Shown: piece after piece, positions 9,390 to 18,722 of the stretch
Numbering within the stretch: the stretch's first letter is position 1
How the letters are laid out: every line of letters begins with the position of its first letter
DNA from: Patescibacteria group bacterium
GTDB lineage: Bacteria; Patescibacteriota; Minisyncoccia; 2-02-FULL-40-12; GWA2-44-9
DNA: 64,000 nt
Assembly (NCBI GenBank): GCA_038064515.1
Contig: JBBTSY010000009.1
Coordinates: forward strand, 2,155-66,154
Reading direction: 5' to 3'
Program-made: the position numbers and the translations under genes
The notes under the pieces: generated by a model
What the model saw: only the letters and a program-made list of their open reading frames with translations
The model's database searches: none
What the model was told of the DNA's origin: nothing

Positions 9390-11432
9390 ATGGCTTCAAC
9401 TAAAATTATTAATGTTGTAAGAGATGACCCTTTTGATGAGATTTTTGATTTATTTAAAAATGCCAGCGCCGAAGAAGTAATTTTTATTCTCCCCAAGAAA
9501 GCCAAAGCATTTATCAACGAAGAACAATTTAAACAAATTCAGACAACGGCTCGAGAGCAGGAAAAGAAGGTTTCTCTAATGTCCTCTAACGCCGATGTTA
9601 TAGCACTTGCCCGGCAATATAACTTTGAAGTATTACAGGATAAAGTTGATTCCTCGGTTAAACCTAAAAGGAAAGCAATAAAAGCAGGGCCGGTATCCGT
9701 ACTCGCCGTGGCAGATGAAGATGAAATCGTTCGAGAAGACAGTGATCTTCTCGACCCGCTCAATCCTTCCGACGGCATCATGGGTATCAATGATTCCGAC
9801 AAGGAGGAAGAAATTACACCGCCTATCAAAGAAGAGGACGAAAATCTCTTTGAGAACAAAGAAGACAGCGAAGATGAGCTTGAGGAAGAACTTAAGAAGG
9901 AAGATGAAAAGGAGGAAGACTCTGAACTTAAAGAAGACGCAGAAGATGATGCAGATCTCGTATCATATGAAAATACCACCGAGCCAGTGGCAAGTTTCGC
10001 GCGTGTACGCCGACTTGATGGCATGGTGCCATCGGATGGGGAGGGACAGAGTATCCATATTCATTCAGCCGGAGACGCAACGATTAAGCTTGGCGTGAAG
10101 AAGGAGAAAATAAGTCAAAAGAATGTCGAGGACATTGCCGAAGTATGGCAACACGAACCTTTTTCCAGAGGCGAAAGCATGTGGACGGGTATTTTAAACA
10201 AAAAAGAGAATATCCGGCCATCGTTATGGGCGCGTATTTTTTCCCGCTCGGCGGCGTTTCAATTGGAAAAACCTGGGCGGCGGCAGGAGATCAAACCAAA
10301 TCGTTCTCGAAAAATCATAGCCAGTATCACGATTGCTATCTTATTAATCGCGGGAGGAGTCGTTTATGCCACTACCGGAACTGCCATAGTGACCATCATC
10401 CCTTTCTCGAAGCATCTTGATTTTGAAATGAGCGCCAATGCCTCGGATCAATTTGCTTCCGTTGATGGCACGTTCAGTAAACTGCCGGGACAGCTTTTTA
10501 CCATTGAGAAAACTGTCATGCAGGAATTTTCAGCAACGGGCCAACGAGATGTCGCCCAAAAAGCCCGCGGAAAAATAACCGTCTACAACACATTCAGCAA
10601 CGCACCGCAGACTCTTATTGCAACTACGCGATTTGAATCATCAGACGCGCTGATTTTTCGGACTCTTCGCACGGTTACGGTGGCTGGCATGACAGGCAGC
10701 ACTCCCGGTTCAGTTGAGGTGGAGGTAATCGCCGATAAAGTCGGGGATACCTATAATATCGCCGCGGGACGATTTACAATTCCGGCATTTAAAGAAAAAG
10801 GCGATACAGCCCGCTACCAGAAGTTCTATGGCCAATCTATGGAAGCTATGAAGGATGGTATTAGCGGCGTGGCAAAGGTAGTTACCGAGCAAGATTTCAC
10901 GAAAGCTAAAGAAACAGTAACCCAGAAACTCAAAGATGAGATAAAAGAAGCACTAGACCAGGAGGCCTCCGGCCTCAAGATTGCTGATAGCGCTCCGATC
11001 ACTATTCTTAGCACTGATTCCAGCGTTCAAGCAGATCAACCAGCCGATATATTTACCGTAACGGTAAAGGGGCGGCTTAAAACAATAGGCTTTAAGGAAG
11101 AAGACGTATGGGCTTTGGTGCGCCAGTATGCCGAGAAAAACTTTGGCCTTACGGTCGTGCCGGACAAGATCGCCCTAGATTATAAAGAAGCAAATCTGAA
11201 TGAAGTCCGAAGCACGTTGGAGCTTACCCTGAAACTTTCCGGCAATGGTTACGGTCAAATCGACACCGATCAAATCACAAATGATCTTTTGGGCAAGGGA
11301 GAGCGCGATATTGTAGGGTACCTGAAGCAAGCTCAAGGCGTCGCCGAAGCCAAAGTGATCCTGTCACCATTCTGGGTTAAAAAAGTGCCAAAAAACAAGG
11401 AAAAGATTACGATTATAATAGATTATCAATAG
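9390..11432 (+). CDS. membrane protein with acidic linker and baseplate J-like C-terminal region
   Basis: Acidic low-complexity tract, one TM, then KARGKITVYN...TRFES...VEVIADKVGDTYNI. Confidence 0.7.
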   Translation: MASTKIINVVRDDPFDEIFDLFKNASAEEVIFILPKKAKAFINEEQFKQIQTTAREQEKKVSLMSSNADVIALARQYNFEVLQDKVDSSVKPKRKAIKAGPVSVLAVADEDEIVREDSDLLDPLNPSDGIMGINDSDKEEEITPPIKEEDENLFENKEDSEDELEEELKKEDEKEEDSELKEDAEDDADLVSYENTTEPVASFARVRRLDGMVPSDGEGQSIHIHSAGDATIKLGVKKEKISQKNVEDIAEVWQHEPFSRGESMWTGILNKKENIRPSLWARIFSRSAAFQLEKPGRRQEIKPNRSRKIIASITIAILLIAGGVVYATTGTAIVTIIPFSKHLDFEMSANASDQFASVDGTFSKLPGQLFTIEKTVMQEFSATGQRDVAQKARGKITVYNTFSNAPQTLIATTRFESSDALIFRTLRTVTVAGMTGSTPGSVEVEVIADKVGDTYNIAAGRFTIPAFKEKGDTARYQKFYGQSMEAMKDGISGVAKVVTEQDFTKAKETVTQKLKDEIKEALDQEASGLKIADSAPITILSTDSSVQADQPADIFTVTVKGRLKTIGFKEEDVWALVRQYAEKNFGLTVVPDKIALDYKEANLNEVRSTLELTLKLSGNGYGQIDTDQITNDLLGKGERDIVGYLKQAQGVAEAKVILSPFWVKKVPKNKEKITIIIDYQ

Positions 11433-11534
11433 GCTGATATCGAATTGACATTCCAAATGATGTTTGTTAGTATACGGAGGCTCACGCTATGAGTGTATCG
11501 GGTCGTGAGAGTGTTTTTTATTTCAGGGTATATT

Positions 11535-11747
11535 TTGAGCAATCCGCAGAAAGAAAAAATCAACGGTTTAGTTATAGAGGCTTTGCCTGATACCACTTTT
11601 CGAGTGCAGTTGGAGAATGGCAATATCGTCCTGGCGTATCTTGCAGGTAAGATGCGCATGAACTACATCAAGGTTATGATTGGCGATAGAGTTGCCTTAG
11701 AATTAAGTCCCGATGGAGCTCGCGGCCGCATTACATACCGCTACTAA
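11535..11747 (+). CDS. infA: translation initiation factor IF-1
   Basis: [14 protein letters not shown]...[18 protein letters not shown]...RGRITYR; TTG start inferred. Confidence 0.93.
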   Translation: MSNPQKEKINGLVIEALPDTTFRVQLENGNIVLAYLAGKMRMNYIKVMIGDRVALELSPDGARGRITYRY

Positions 11748-11770
11748 GGGCTTTGCCCGCACGCAGCATA

Positions 11771-11877
11771 GCGAGTACGGTTGCAAAACCTTACCCCGCC
11801 CTTTATGCTTGTGATCTTAAACACGAACTATGGGTGGCGGGCTTAAAGGGCGGGGTCATGAATTTTTGACTGCTCGC
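11771..11877. repeat. long intergenic hairpin between infA and rpmJ
   Basis: Perfect 13-bp IR accccgcccttta/taaagggcggggt plus outer gcgagta...tgctcgc arms. Confidence 0.65.
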
Positions 11878-11908
11878 CTGGTGGCCCACTTCCTCGCAGA
11901 AAAATATC

Positions 11909-12022
11909 ATGAAAGTCAGAGCATCGGTAAAAAAAATGTGTAATAATTGCAAACTCGTCAGGCGCAAGCGTCGCCTATACTGTTTGTGTAAAAATCCCAA
12001 GCATAAGCAACGCCAGGGGTAA
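11909..12022 (+). CDS. rpmJ: 50S ribosomal protein L36 (not in ORF track)
   Basis: [37 protein letters not shown]. Confidence 0.97.
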   Translation: MKVRASVKKMCNNCKLVRRKRRLYCLCKNPKHKQRQG

Positions 12023-12049
12023 GTATGCTCGTTCGTAAGAATTTCTAAC

Positions 12050-12436
12050 ATGCCGCGTATTTTTGGAGTTTTAATTCCCGACAATAAAAAAATCCTTTAT
12101 TCCTTGCCATATCTGTATGGGATCGGTTTAAAGACGAGTGAGATCATTCTGAAATCTGCCGGTATTGATGGCGATAAGAGAGCTAAGGAGCTGACGGGCG
12201 AAGAACTTAGTAAGATTCAAAAGATTATTGAGCATAACTATAAAGTGGAAGGCGATCTCCGAAAAGAAATTAGCCAAAATATCAAACACTATAAAGAAAT
12301 CGGCACCTGGAAAGGTACGCGCCATGCTCGACGATTGCCAATTCATGGCCGTACGAAAACTAACTCGCGTACTACCAGAGGAAATGTGAGAAAGACGATG
12401 GGCTCTGGCAGAAAATCATCAAGCGAAAAGACTTAA
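12050..12436 (+). CDS. rpsM: 30S ribosomal protein S13
   Basis: YGIG, VEGDLR, RHARRLP..GRTKTNSRT. Confidence 0.97.
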   Translation: MPRIFGVLIPDNKKILYSLPYLYGIGLKTSEIILKSAGIDGDKRAKELTGEELSKIQKIIEHNYKVEGDLRKEISQNIKHYKEIGTWKGTRHARRLPIHGRTKTNSRTTRGNVRKTMGSGRKSSSEKT

Positions 12437-12441
12437 TTTGT

Positions 12442-12879
12442 ATGGGTAAAAAGCGAATTATCACAAAAACAGAAACTGACATTCAGGAGCAAGGCTCTGG
12501 TACTGTTGCTTCCAAAAAAGGAGTCAAAAAACAAGTCGTCAACGGCATTGCCCATATCCACGTTTCCTATAATAATACCCTAATTGCCATCAGCGATTTA
12601 AAAGGAGATATAATCTCCTGGTCATCCGCCGGCCTTCTTGGTTTTAGGGGAACAAAAAAGTCCACTCCGTATGCGGCAAATATGGTTGCCAAAGATGTGG
12701 TGGAGAAAGCTAAAAAGTATAATTTAAGCAATATTAAAATTGTTGTTCGCGGTATTGGACCAGCTCGTGAATCAGCCATCCGAGGTCTTGCCGGAACTGG
12801 CATGAATGTCACGTCTATCATGGACGAGACTCCAGTTGCGCACAACGGTGTTAAGGCTAAAAAGCCCCGCCGCGTATAA
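12442..12879 (+). CDS. rpsK: 30S ribosomal protein S11
   Basis: SYNNT, GFRGTKKSTPYAA, TPVAHNG. Confidence 0.97.
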   Translation: MGKKRIITKTETDIQEQGSGTVASKKGVKKQVVNGIAHIHVSYNNTLIAISDLKGDIISWSSAGLLGFRGTKKSTPYAANMVAKDVVEKAKKYNLSNIKIVVRGIGPARESAIRGLAGTGMNVTSIMDETPVAHNGVKAKKPRRV

Positions 12880-12909
12880 CATTATTTAGCGTATAAAACA
12901 TTTACAACC

Positions 12910-13545
12910 ATGGGACGTTATTTAGGGCCACGAGAAAAAATTGAACGACGAATCGGCGAAAAACTCTTCTTAAAAGGGGAGCGTTCATATTCTCAAAAGT
13001 CAGCCATGACTCGAAAACCGTATCCTCCGGGCATGCACGGCCAGGGACGGCTCAAGAAACTTTCTGAATTCGGCCAGCAACTCAAGTCTAAGCAAAAAGT
13101 ACGCAATATCTACCGACTCCTTGAGAAGCCGTTTAAAGCCTACGTAAAGAAAGTCCTTGAAAAGAAAGCCGAGCCGTATGAACCAATTATGCTTTCTCTC
13201 GAAAGCCGATTGGACAACGTTGTCTTCCGCATGGGTTTTGCTCAATCTCGCGATCAAGCTCGCCAGATCGTAAATCATGGCCATATCCTCGTAAACAACA
13301 AGAAGGCTTCAATCCCTTCTGTTGTTATAAAGCAGGGCGATGTTATCTCTATTCGTGAAGGCAGTAAGAAATCCCCATACTTCACGAGCTTGATGCCGCA
13401 ATGGTGGATGAAGTATGAAGCGCCGCAGTGGATTCTCCTTGATAAAGAAAAGGGAACGGCGACAATTAAGGCGAAACCAACGATGCTGGACAGCGGAATC
13501 AAAGTTGAAGATATCCAGGCTATTATTGAGTATTATTCACGTTGA
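12910..13545 (+). CDS. rpsD: 30S ribosomal protein S4
   Basis: PPGMHG, LESRLDNVVFR, ARQIVNHGH, IIEYYSR. Confidence 0.97.
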   Translation: MGRYLGPREKIERRIGEKLFLKGERSYSQKSAMTRKPYPPGMHGQGRLKKLSEFGQQLKSKQKVRNIYRLLEKPFKAYVKKVLEKKAEPYEPIMLSLESRLDNVVFRMGFAQSRDQARQIVNHGHILVNNKKASIPSVVIKQGDVISIREGSKKSPYFTSLMPQWWMKYEAPQWILLDKEKGTATIKAKPTMLDSGIKVEDIQAIIEYYSR

Positions 13546-13639
13546 CATTAATTAATTGCGTCAGCGATTCCCGAGCATCCGAGTTACCGACATATAACCT
13601 CCTACTCTCGTATGCCCCAGGAATCGAAGGCGTCAAAAT

Positions 13640-14404
13640 ATGATCCAGCTACCAGAAGATGTAAAAATAGTTTCCCGGGAAGGCAATAAGGCTGTTTTTG
13701 AAATTTCTCCTCTCCTGCCCGGCTACGGAGCAACGATCGCGAACCCATTGCGGCGTGTTTTATTTGCCTCGCTCGAAGGCGCTGCCGTAACGTCCGTTAA
13801 GATTCAGGGCATTGATCACGAATTCTCCAGCATACCCGGCGTGCTTGAAGATGTCATCGAAATCATCCTTAACATTAAAAAGTGTCGCTTTAAGCTTCAC
13901 ACAGAAGGTCCCATTACGGTTACATTGAATGTAAAAGGCGAAAGAGAGGTTACTGCCGGCGATATCAAGCTTAGCGCTGATGTTGAGATTATTAATCAGG
14001 ATCAGCACATTATTACGATCACTGATAAAAAGACCGAAATAAGCATGGAGCTCACAATCGAAAAGGGTATCGGTTATGTGCCGGTAGAACAAAAGCAGAA
14101 AGAAAAGCTTCCCATCGGTGTTATCGCTATCGATGCTATCTTTTCTCCTGTCCGCTTGGTTAACTTCAGAGTTGAAGATATCCGTGTCGGCCAGAGAATC
14201 GATTTTAATAAAGTAACGATGGAAATCGAAACCGACGGCTCAATTTCTCCAGAGCAGGCTTTTAAGAATGCCGCCGAGATTCTTGTAAATCACTTTAATG
14301 TGCTTTTACAGGTTGAGGTCAAGGAGCTGGAGAAGCCGACCAAACCTGCCCGCCTGCCCGGCCAAGGGCCAGGGAAAGTGAAAAAAGTGAAAAACGAAAA
14401 GTAA
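13640..14404 (+). CDS. rpoA: RNA polymerase alpha subunit (NTD only)
   Basis: PLLPGYGATIANPLRRVL, HEFSSIPGVLEDV, IDAIFSPV, ETDGSISP; ends at 254 aa. Confidence 0.95.
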   Translation: MIQLPEDVKIVSREGNKAVFEISPLLPGYGATIANPLRRVLFASLEGAAVTSVKIQGIDHEFSSIPGVLEDVIEIILNIKKCRFKLHTEGPITVTLNVKGEREVTAGDIKLSADVEIINQDQHIITITDKKTEISMELTIEKGIGYVPVEQKQKEKLPIGVIAIDAIFSPVRLVNFRVEDIRVGQRIDFNKVTMEIETDGSISPEQAFKNAAEILVNHFNVLLQVEVKELEKPTKPARLPGQGPGKVKKVKNEK

Positions 14405-14408
14405 AAAT

Positions 14409-14756
14409 ATGAAACGCGGCAATAAACCAAAATTTGGACGCGAACGAAACCAGCGCAAGGCGTTGGAGAGATCGCTTGCCACGGCGTTGATTGATCATGG
14501 CAAGATTACGACCACCAAAGTAAAAGCGAAGATGCTTTCGACATACGTCGATAAGATGATCACTTTAGCTAAAAAGCAAAATCTTGCCAGTCGCCGCTTG
14601 CTTCAAACTAAAATCGGCGTTAAGACTGTCGACAAACTCATGAAGGACATTAGCCCGCGTTTTAGCGAGACGTATGGCGGTTACACGCGCGTGGTCCGTT
14701 TGGCTCGCCGCAAGAGCGACGGTTCCGAAATGGCAGTCATTGAATTTACTAAGTAA
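14409..14756 (+). CDS. rplQ: 50S ribosomal protein L17
   Basis: KFGRERNQRKAL, ITTTKVKAK, GGYTRV. Confidence 0.96.
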   Translation: MKRGNKPKFGRERNQRKALERSLATALIDHGKITTTKVKAKMLSTYVDKMITLAKKQNLASRRLLQTKIGVKTVDKLMKDISPRFSETYGGYTRVVRLARRKSDGSEMAVIEFTK

Positions 14757-14761
14757 GCGAT

Positions 14762-15103
14762 ATGATTACCCACGAAATTGACGCAACAAATCAATCATTA
14801 GGACGTCTTGCCTCGAAAGTGGCGATGCTATTGCGCGGCAAAGATTCGCCCGACTATCAGCCGCATATTATGCCGAAAGTGCAGGTAACCATCATCAATA
14901 GCGATAAAATTAAATTTGCCGGTTCTAAAATGGATACGAAGATCTACTATCACTATTCAGGTTTTCCGGGTGGAATGAAGGAGCGGTCATTAAAAGCAGA
15001 ATGGACTAAACAACCCAAGGAAGTTATTCGCAAAAGCGTCTATCGCATGTTGCCCAATAACCGATTGCGCGATAAAATCATCCGAAATCTTAAGTTTGCA
15101 TAA
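14762..15103 (+). CDS. rplM: 50S ribosomal protein L13
   Basis: IDATNQSLGRLAS, LRGK, YYHYSGFPGG, RMLPNNRL. Confidence 0.95.
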   Translation: MITHEIDATNQSLGRLASKVAMLLRGKDSPDYQPHIMPKVQVTIINSDKIKFAGSKMDTKIYYHYSGFPGGMKERSLKAEWTKQPKEVIRKSVYRMLPNNRLRDKIIRNLKFA

Positions 15104-15104
15104 T

Positions 15105-15707
15105 ATGCCAAAAATATCCAAAAAAACCAAAGTCAAGGAAAAGAAACAGATTAAACTGAAAATTCCTGAATCGCAAGCCGCCCCATCTAGAGTAGCCGAG
15201 ACTGATGTTATAGGAAACACACAAACTGTCGACGTCGACGCTATAGATGCAGATTCTATTATACCTGAAAGTGAAGAAGAAGCCGGCGATAAAGAACGCT
15301 ACTATGAATCAGTTGGTCGTCGCAAGCGATCCATCGCTCGCGTACGTTTATATACTAAGAAGTCAACCGATACCATGAAAGAAGATCGGGCTCTGATGAC
15401 GGCCAACGGCAAAGATTACTTCGACTATTTCAATGATGTAAATCTTATTGCTCGTATTGAAGCTCCGTTACGCAAACTCAAGTCGCTTAATCGATTCAAG
15501 GTGATGGCACTTTTGCAAGGTGGCGGCATTGCCGGTCAGGCTGATGCTCTCCGGCATGGCTTAGCCCGCGCATTGGAACAGTTCGATCTTAACTTCCGCA
15601 AGAAGCTCAAGAAGTCTGGTTACTTGACTCGCGACTCCCGCAAGAAAGAGCGTCGCAAGTACGGTCTCAAAAAAGCCAGAAAAGCGCCTCAATGGAGCAA
15701 GCGATAA
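15105..15707 (+). CDS. rpsI: 30S ribosomal protein S9 with long N-terminal extension
   Basis: VGRRKRSIARV, GGGIAGQA, LTRDSRKKERRKYGLKKARKAPQWSKR. Confidence 0.95.
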   Translation: MPKISKKTKVKEKKQIKLKIPESQAAPSRVAETDVIGNTQTVDVDAIDADSIIPESEEEAGDKERYYESVGRRKRSIARVRLYTKKSTDTMKEDRALMTANGKDYFDYFNDVNLIARIEAPLRKLKSLNRFKVMALLQGGGIAGQADALRHGLARALEQFDLNFRKKLKKSGYLTRDSRKKERRKYGLKKARKAPQWSKR

Positions 15708-15750
15708 AACGCTTAGCGGCTATGCCGTTCCGATACACTGAAAATGGGGG

Positions 15751-15779
15751 TTGTACAAATAACTATTTCGTGGTATGAT
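15751..15779 (+). promoter_or_regulatory. sigma70-type promoter of cassette 4
   Basis: TTGTAC-N17-TATGAT with extended -10 TG. Confidence 0.5.
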
Positions 15780-15875
15780 ATCAAGTGCCTAGACGCTAAG
15801 GCGTTACTGGCTGTCCGAATCGGCGCCTAAGGGTGCAACGGTGGGACATTCTTTGAAAATGAAAGGAAGGTCGCC

Positions 15876-16862
15876 ATGACTACATGGCAAGTCGCATTGT
15901 TCGTACTGTTCGCCGTGTCTGTGCTGACGTACCTGGCCGCCAAGGTCATCCAGCGACTCCAGGAGCGCTGGACTGTGCTACCGGACTTCGTCTGGAATCG
16001 CGTCGGCGGGGTTGTCGCAGTCTGTGCGGTCAGCGACTTCCACAATCCCCGGAACCAGAGGATTGGTGGGTATGTATTGGTTCCGGATACGCTGACTTTC
16101 AGTGACCATCAGCATCCCATCCCAGGTCGGTGGTTCAGCACATCTGTGCCATACTTGTTCACTGGCGGGTTCGACAGCAGGCAATACGAACATTCGTTGT
16201 TTGTGCCGTTCGCATCCGAGCGATACTTGGCGAACGATACGCAGGCTAACCTCCTTACCTTTACCGGTCCGCATGACAATCTTGACATGTTCGTACAGTC
16301 CAAGACGGAAGCTAACCTGCGGTATGATGTCCGGCGCCGGTTCGCGGCCTTCGTAACCCGTAACGAGAGTACGTTCTTGGGTATCCGATTCGCATCGCTG
16401 GTGATGGTCGTCGCATTCTCTGCCGGACTGTTTGTGAATGCCCTCTCGCAGAACGAGCAGGACCAGCAAGCAGCGCCGGCGGTACTGTACACCACAACAG
16501 TCGGTTCCTCCGACCTCACCGAGTTCCGGGGCACCCGGATGGAGATCAAGAAGCTGCCGGTCGGTGACCTGCCTGTTATTGGGCCGGAGATCACGATGGG
16601 CCCAGTGGTCACGGTCATGCCCATTGGTGGGGACATGAACTACGTGTGCATTCTGCGGCAGTCCGACGACGGCCGAATCTGCGGGTTCGCTACCGCGGCG
16701 CTGGGTCTGAAGAAGGGTGAAACGGGATACCTGCGGACTGGTTTTGCAACCTTGTGGATCAACTCTACCGGCGGCTCACATGCCGAGCTTGCCCGCTGGG
16801 CCATCTCCGAGCAGGAAGCCCTGGCCCTGCGTGACAAGGCGGGATACCGCATCAAGAAGTAG
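15876..16862 (+). CDS. orphan two-TM membrane protein, GC-rich (cassette 4)
   Basis: 328-aa ORF, SD AAAGGAAGG, two hydrophobic segments. Confidence 0.75.
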   Translation: MTTWQVALFVLFAVSVLTYLAAKVIQRLQERWTVLPDFVWNRVGGVVAVCAVSDFHNPRNQRIGGYVLVPDTLTFSDHQHPIPGRWFSTSVPYLFTGGFDSRQYEHSLFVPFASERYLANDTQANLLTFTGPHDNLDMFVQSKTEANLRYDVRRRFAAFVTRNESTFLGIRFASLVMVVAFSAGLFVNALSQNEQDQQAAPAVLYTTTVGSSDLTEFRGTRMEIKKLPVGDLPVIGPEITMGPVVTVMPIGGDMNYVCILRQSDDGRICGFATAALGLKKGETGYLRTGFATLWINSTGGSHAELARWAISEQEALALRDKAGYRIKK

Positions 16863-16878
16863 CAACACGCCCCCGCGG

Positions 16879-16915
16879 AAGAGGCCCTCGGTCTCTCTGT
16901 CGGGGGCCTCTTTTT
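16879..16915 (+). terminator. intrinsic terminator of cassette 4
   Basis: aagaggccctcg...cgggggcctctt plus T run. Confidence 0.75.
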
Positions 16916-16931
16916 ATAAAAGAAACTGTCG

Positions 16932-17936
16932 CTACGGAACCCTCAAATAACGTTCAACAAGAATTCTGTAAAGTTTAGCTCGCACCATGTCGGTTCTTTT
17001 CCATTCTTTTCGAGCGCGTCTTGCAAGGATATCAGCATAGACTGAATATCGGATTGCAGCCCAGTACATCTTATAGAATTGGACAACGCTTGTTGTGCTA
17101 TCAGTAAGACCTCCAAGATATGAAGTCACGAATAAATTACCGAGTTCGTCTTGTCCGTATGCATCGAAATCTTTTGCAATGGCGCCAACATCGTTTAGAG
17201 GATCGCCATATTCCCACTCCTTAAGCAATTGATTTACATCTATAAAATGATATGTACCGCGGACATAAAAAATATTTTCCGTATTTAAGTCGCCGTGAAT
17301 GCGTTGAGTAAATGGTTGTCTTGCCGCAAGCAATAGGTGAAACAAGCGGGAATATTTTTTATGCCATGCGGTTAGGTGATGATAGAAATTTGCGGCAACA
17401 ATCTTTTTCATGTGTGGTTCTTGCATCCAGTCAAAAGTTTCTTGCCAGCGTTGTTGAAGAGATCGTAGAGAAGCATAGCGAGCAAATCTTCTTCTGCGAG
17501 GTAATTTTTGGTGAATCCTGCGGAGGGTATCTGCGAGTAAAATAACGTCTTTGTTTTTTACCTTGTGAAGTCGGATCAACTCCGATAACTCACAATTTTC
17601 CGGTAATCTCTTGATCTTCAGAGCATAATCCAAAGTTTTGCCTCCAATATTAATTCCGATATTACTGTTGGTACCAGCCCGTATCGGTACCACGCCTATA
17701 TGAATCGATGGAGAAAAAATCTTATTAACCTTGTATTCTTCAAGTGTTGCTCGTTTTCTATTAGCAAGTGTGGTGTAGTTAATCTTGCCCTCAAAGCGAA
17801 CTGTCGGCTGTTTGATTTTATAAACAAAATTATCAGTAAGAAAGACAAAATTAACCAAGCTTTTTATAAGCTTAACCCTCTTGGTTTTAGAGTCGTAAGC
17901 CCTTGGGTTTAATAGTGCCTTTTCTAAATCAATCAT
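16932..17936 (-). CDS. aminoglycoside-phosphotransferase-like kinase domain protein
   Basis: VFLTDNFVYKIK, RIHGDLNTENIF, FID, GDPLNDVG; start at MIDLE overlaps upstream gene end. Confidence 0.75.
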   Translation of the reverse strand: MIDLEKALLNPRAYDSKTKRVKLIKSLVNFVFLTDNFVYKIKQPTVRFEGKINYTTLANRKRATLEEYKVNKIFSPSIHIGVVPIRAGTNSNIGINIGGKTLDYALKIKRLPENCELSELIRLHKVKNKDVILLADTLRRIHQKLPRRRRFARYASLRSLQQRWQETFDWMQEPHMKKIVAANFYHHLTAWHKKYSRLFHLLLAARQPFTQRIHGDLNTENIFYVRGTYHFIDVNQLLKEWEYGDPLNDVGAIAKDFDAYGQDELGNLFVTSYLGGLTDSTTSVVQFYKMYWAAIRYSVYADILARRARKEWKRTDMVRAKLYRILVERYLRVP

Positions 17937-18693
17937 GAGAGTCCAGTGCTGTGAACTTCCTTGTCTCTTTGTCAAAGTGATAACCCCGCTTTTCTTTGCC
18001 GCGAAAAGAAAATTCTACTTCAGTATCACCGGTATTTCTGTTATGTTTCATCCGAATTTCAAAATCTTCGCCGGTTTTCAGGAGTTCGCCGGTCTCTTTC
18101 CCAAAAATTTCCTGAATAAGTGGTTGCATCGTCTCGAAATGAGTGGTGCCAATGATTCTCAAGCGTTTGCCCTGCGTATTTATGTGTTCGGCGGCGTATC
18201 GTAGATAGTTCATTATTCGGTCGATCCTTTTTTGTATCTCCGTTCTGGTTTCTACTTTCTCACTTTTTTCTCCTGCCCATGTCTCATGTTCTAAAAATAC
18301 TTCTTCGGGGTTTTTGCCTTCTTCTATGATTTTATCAAATAAATTAAATATGAAATCAGGGTCTTTTACTTCCATTTGTCGCAAAGAAGAAATGGAGCTT
18401 TGTTTTGCTATTTCTATGCCGTGTTTTTCAAAGACTTGTTTCATTACTTCAGCAGAGCCTTTTGCGCGCATGGCTGAAGAAGACCAAAAAACCACGATCT
18501 CTTGTTGTGGGTCTATAGTAGCGGCAATCTGTTCTGCAGTAGCTCTGATTTCTTCTTTGCCTCTTTCTGTTATATCAGGAAATTCTTCTGTGTATTCTGT
18601 CCCTCCATGCCTTACGAAATCAACGATAAGCTCCTGCGTTTTTGGCTCTTCTTCTTTGAGTTCCGGGGTAAATTTTTCTCTCTCTGATTCCAT
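17929..18693 (-). CDS. histidine phosphatase family protein
   Basis: FVRHG motif, DITERGKEE, SSSAMRA, GTTH. Confidence 0.75.
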   Translation of the reverse strand: MESEREKFTPELKEEEPKTQELIVDFVRHGGTEYTEEFPDITERGKEEIRATAEQIAATIDPQQEIVVFWSSSAMRAKGSAEVMKQVFEKHGIEIAKQSSISSLRQMEVKDPDFIFNLFDKIIEEGKNPEEVFLEHETWAGEKSEKVETRTEIQKRIDRIMNYLRYAAEHINTQGKRLRIIGTTHFETMQPLIQEIFGKETGELLKTGEDFEIRMKHNRNTGDTEVEFSFRGKEKRGYHFDKETRKFTALDSHD

Positions 18694-18722
18694 AATTCAG
18701 AATAGCATATGGCCAAGTCCAT

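Noticed and set aside
9539-10024. Ser-rich antisense ORF and other shadow ORFs in the track
   Set aside because: Mirror of the acidic tract, or overlapped by well-supported genes
9390-11432. Prophage, suggested by the baseplate J-like region
   Set aside because: No other phage genes; it is a membrane-anchored gene in housekeeping context
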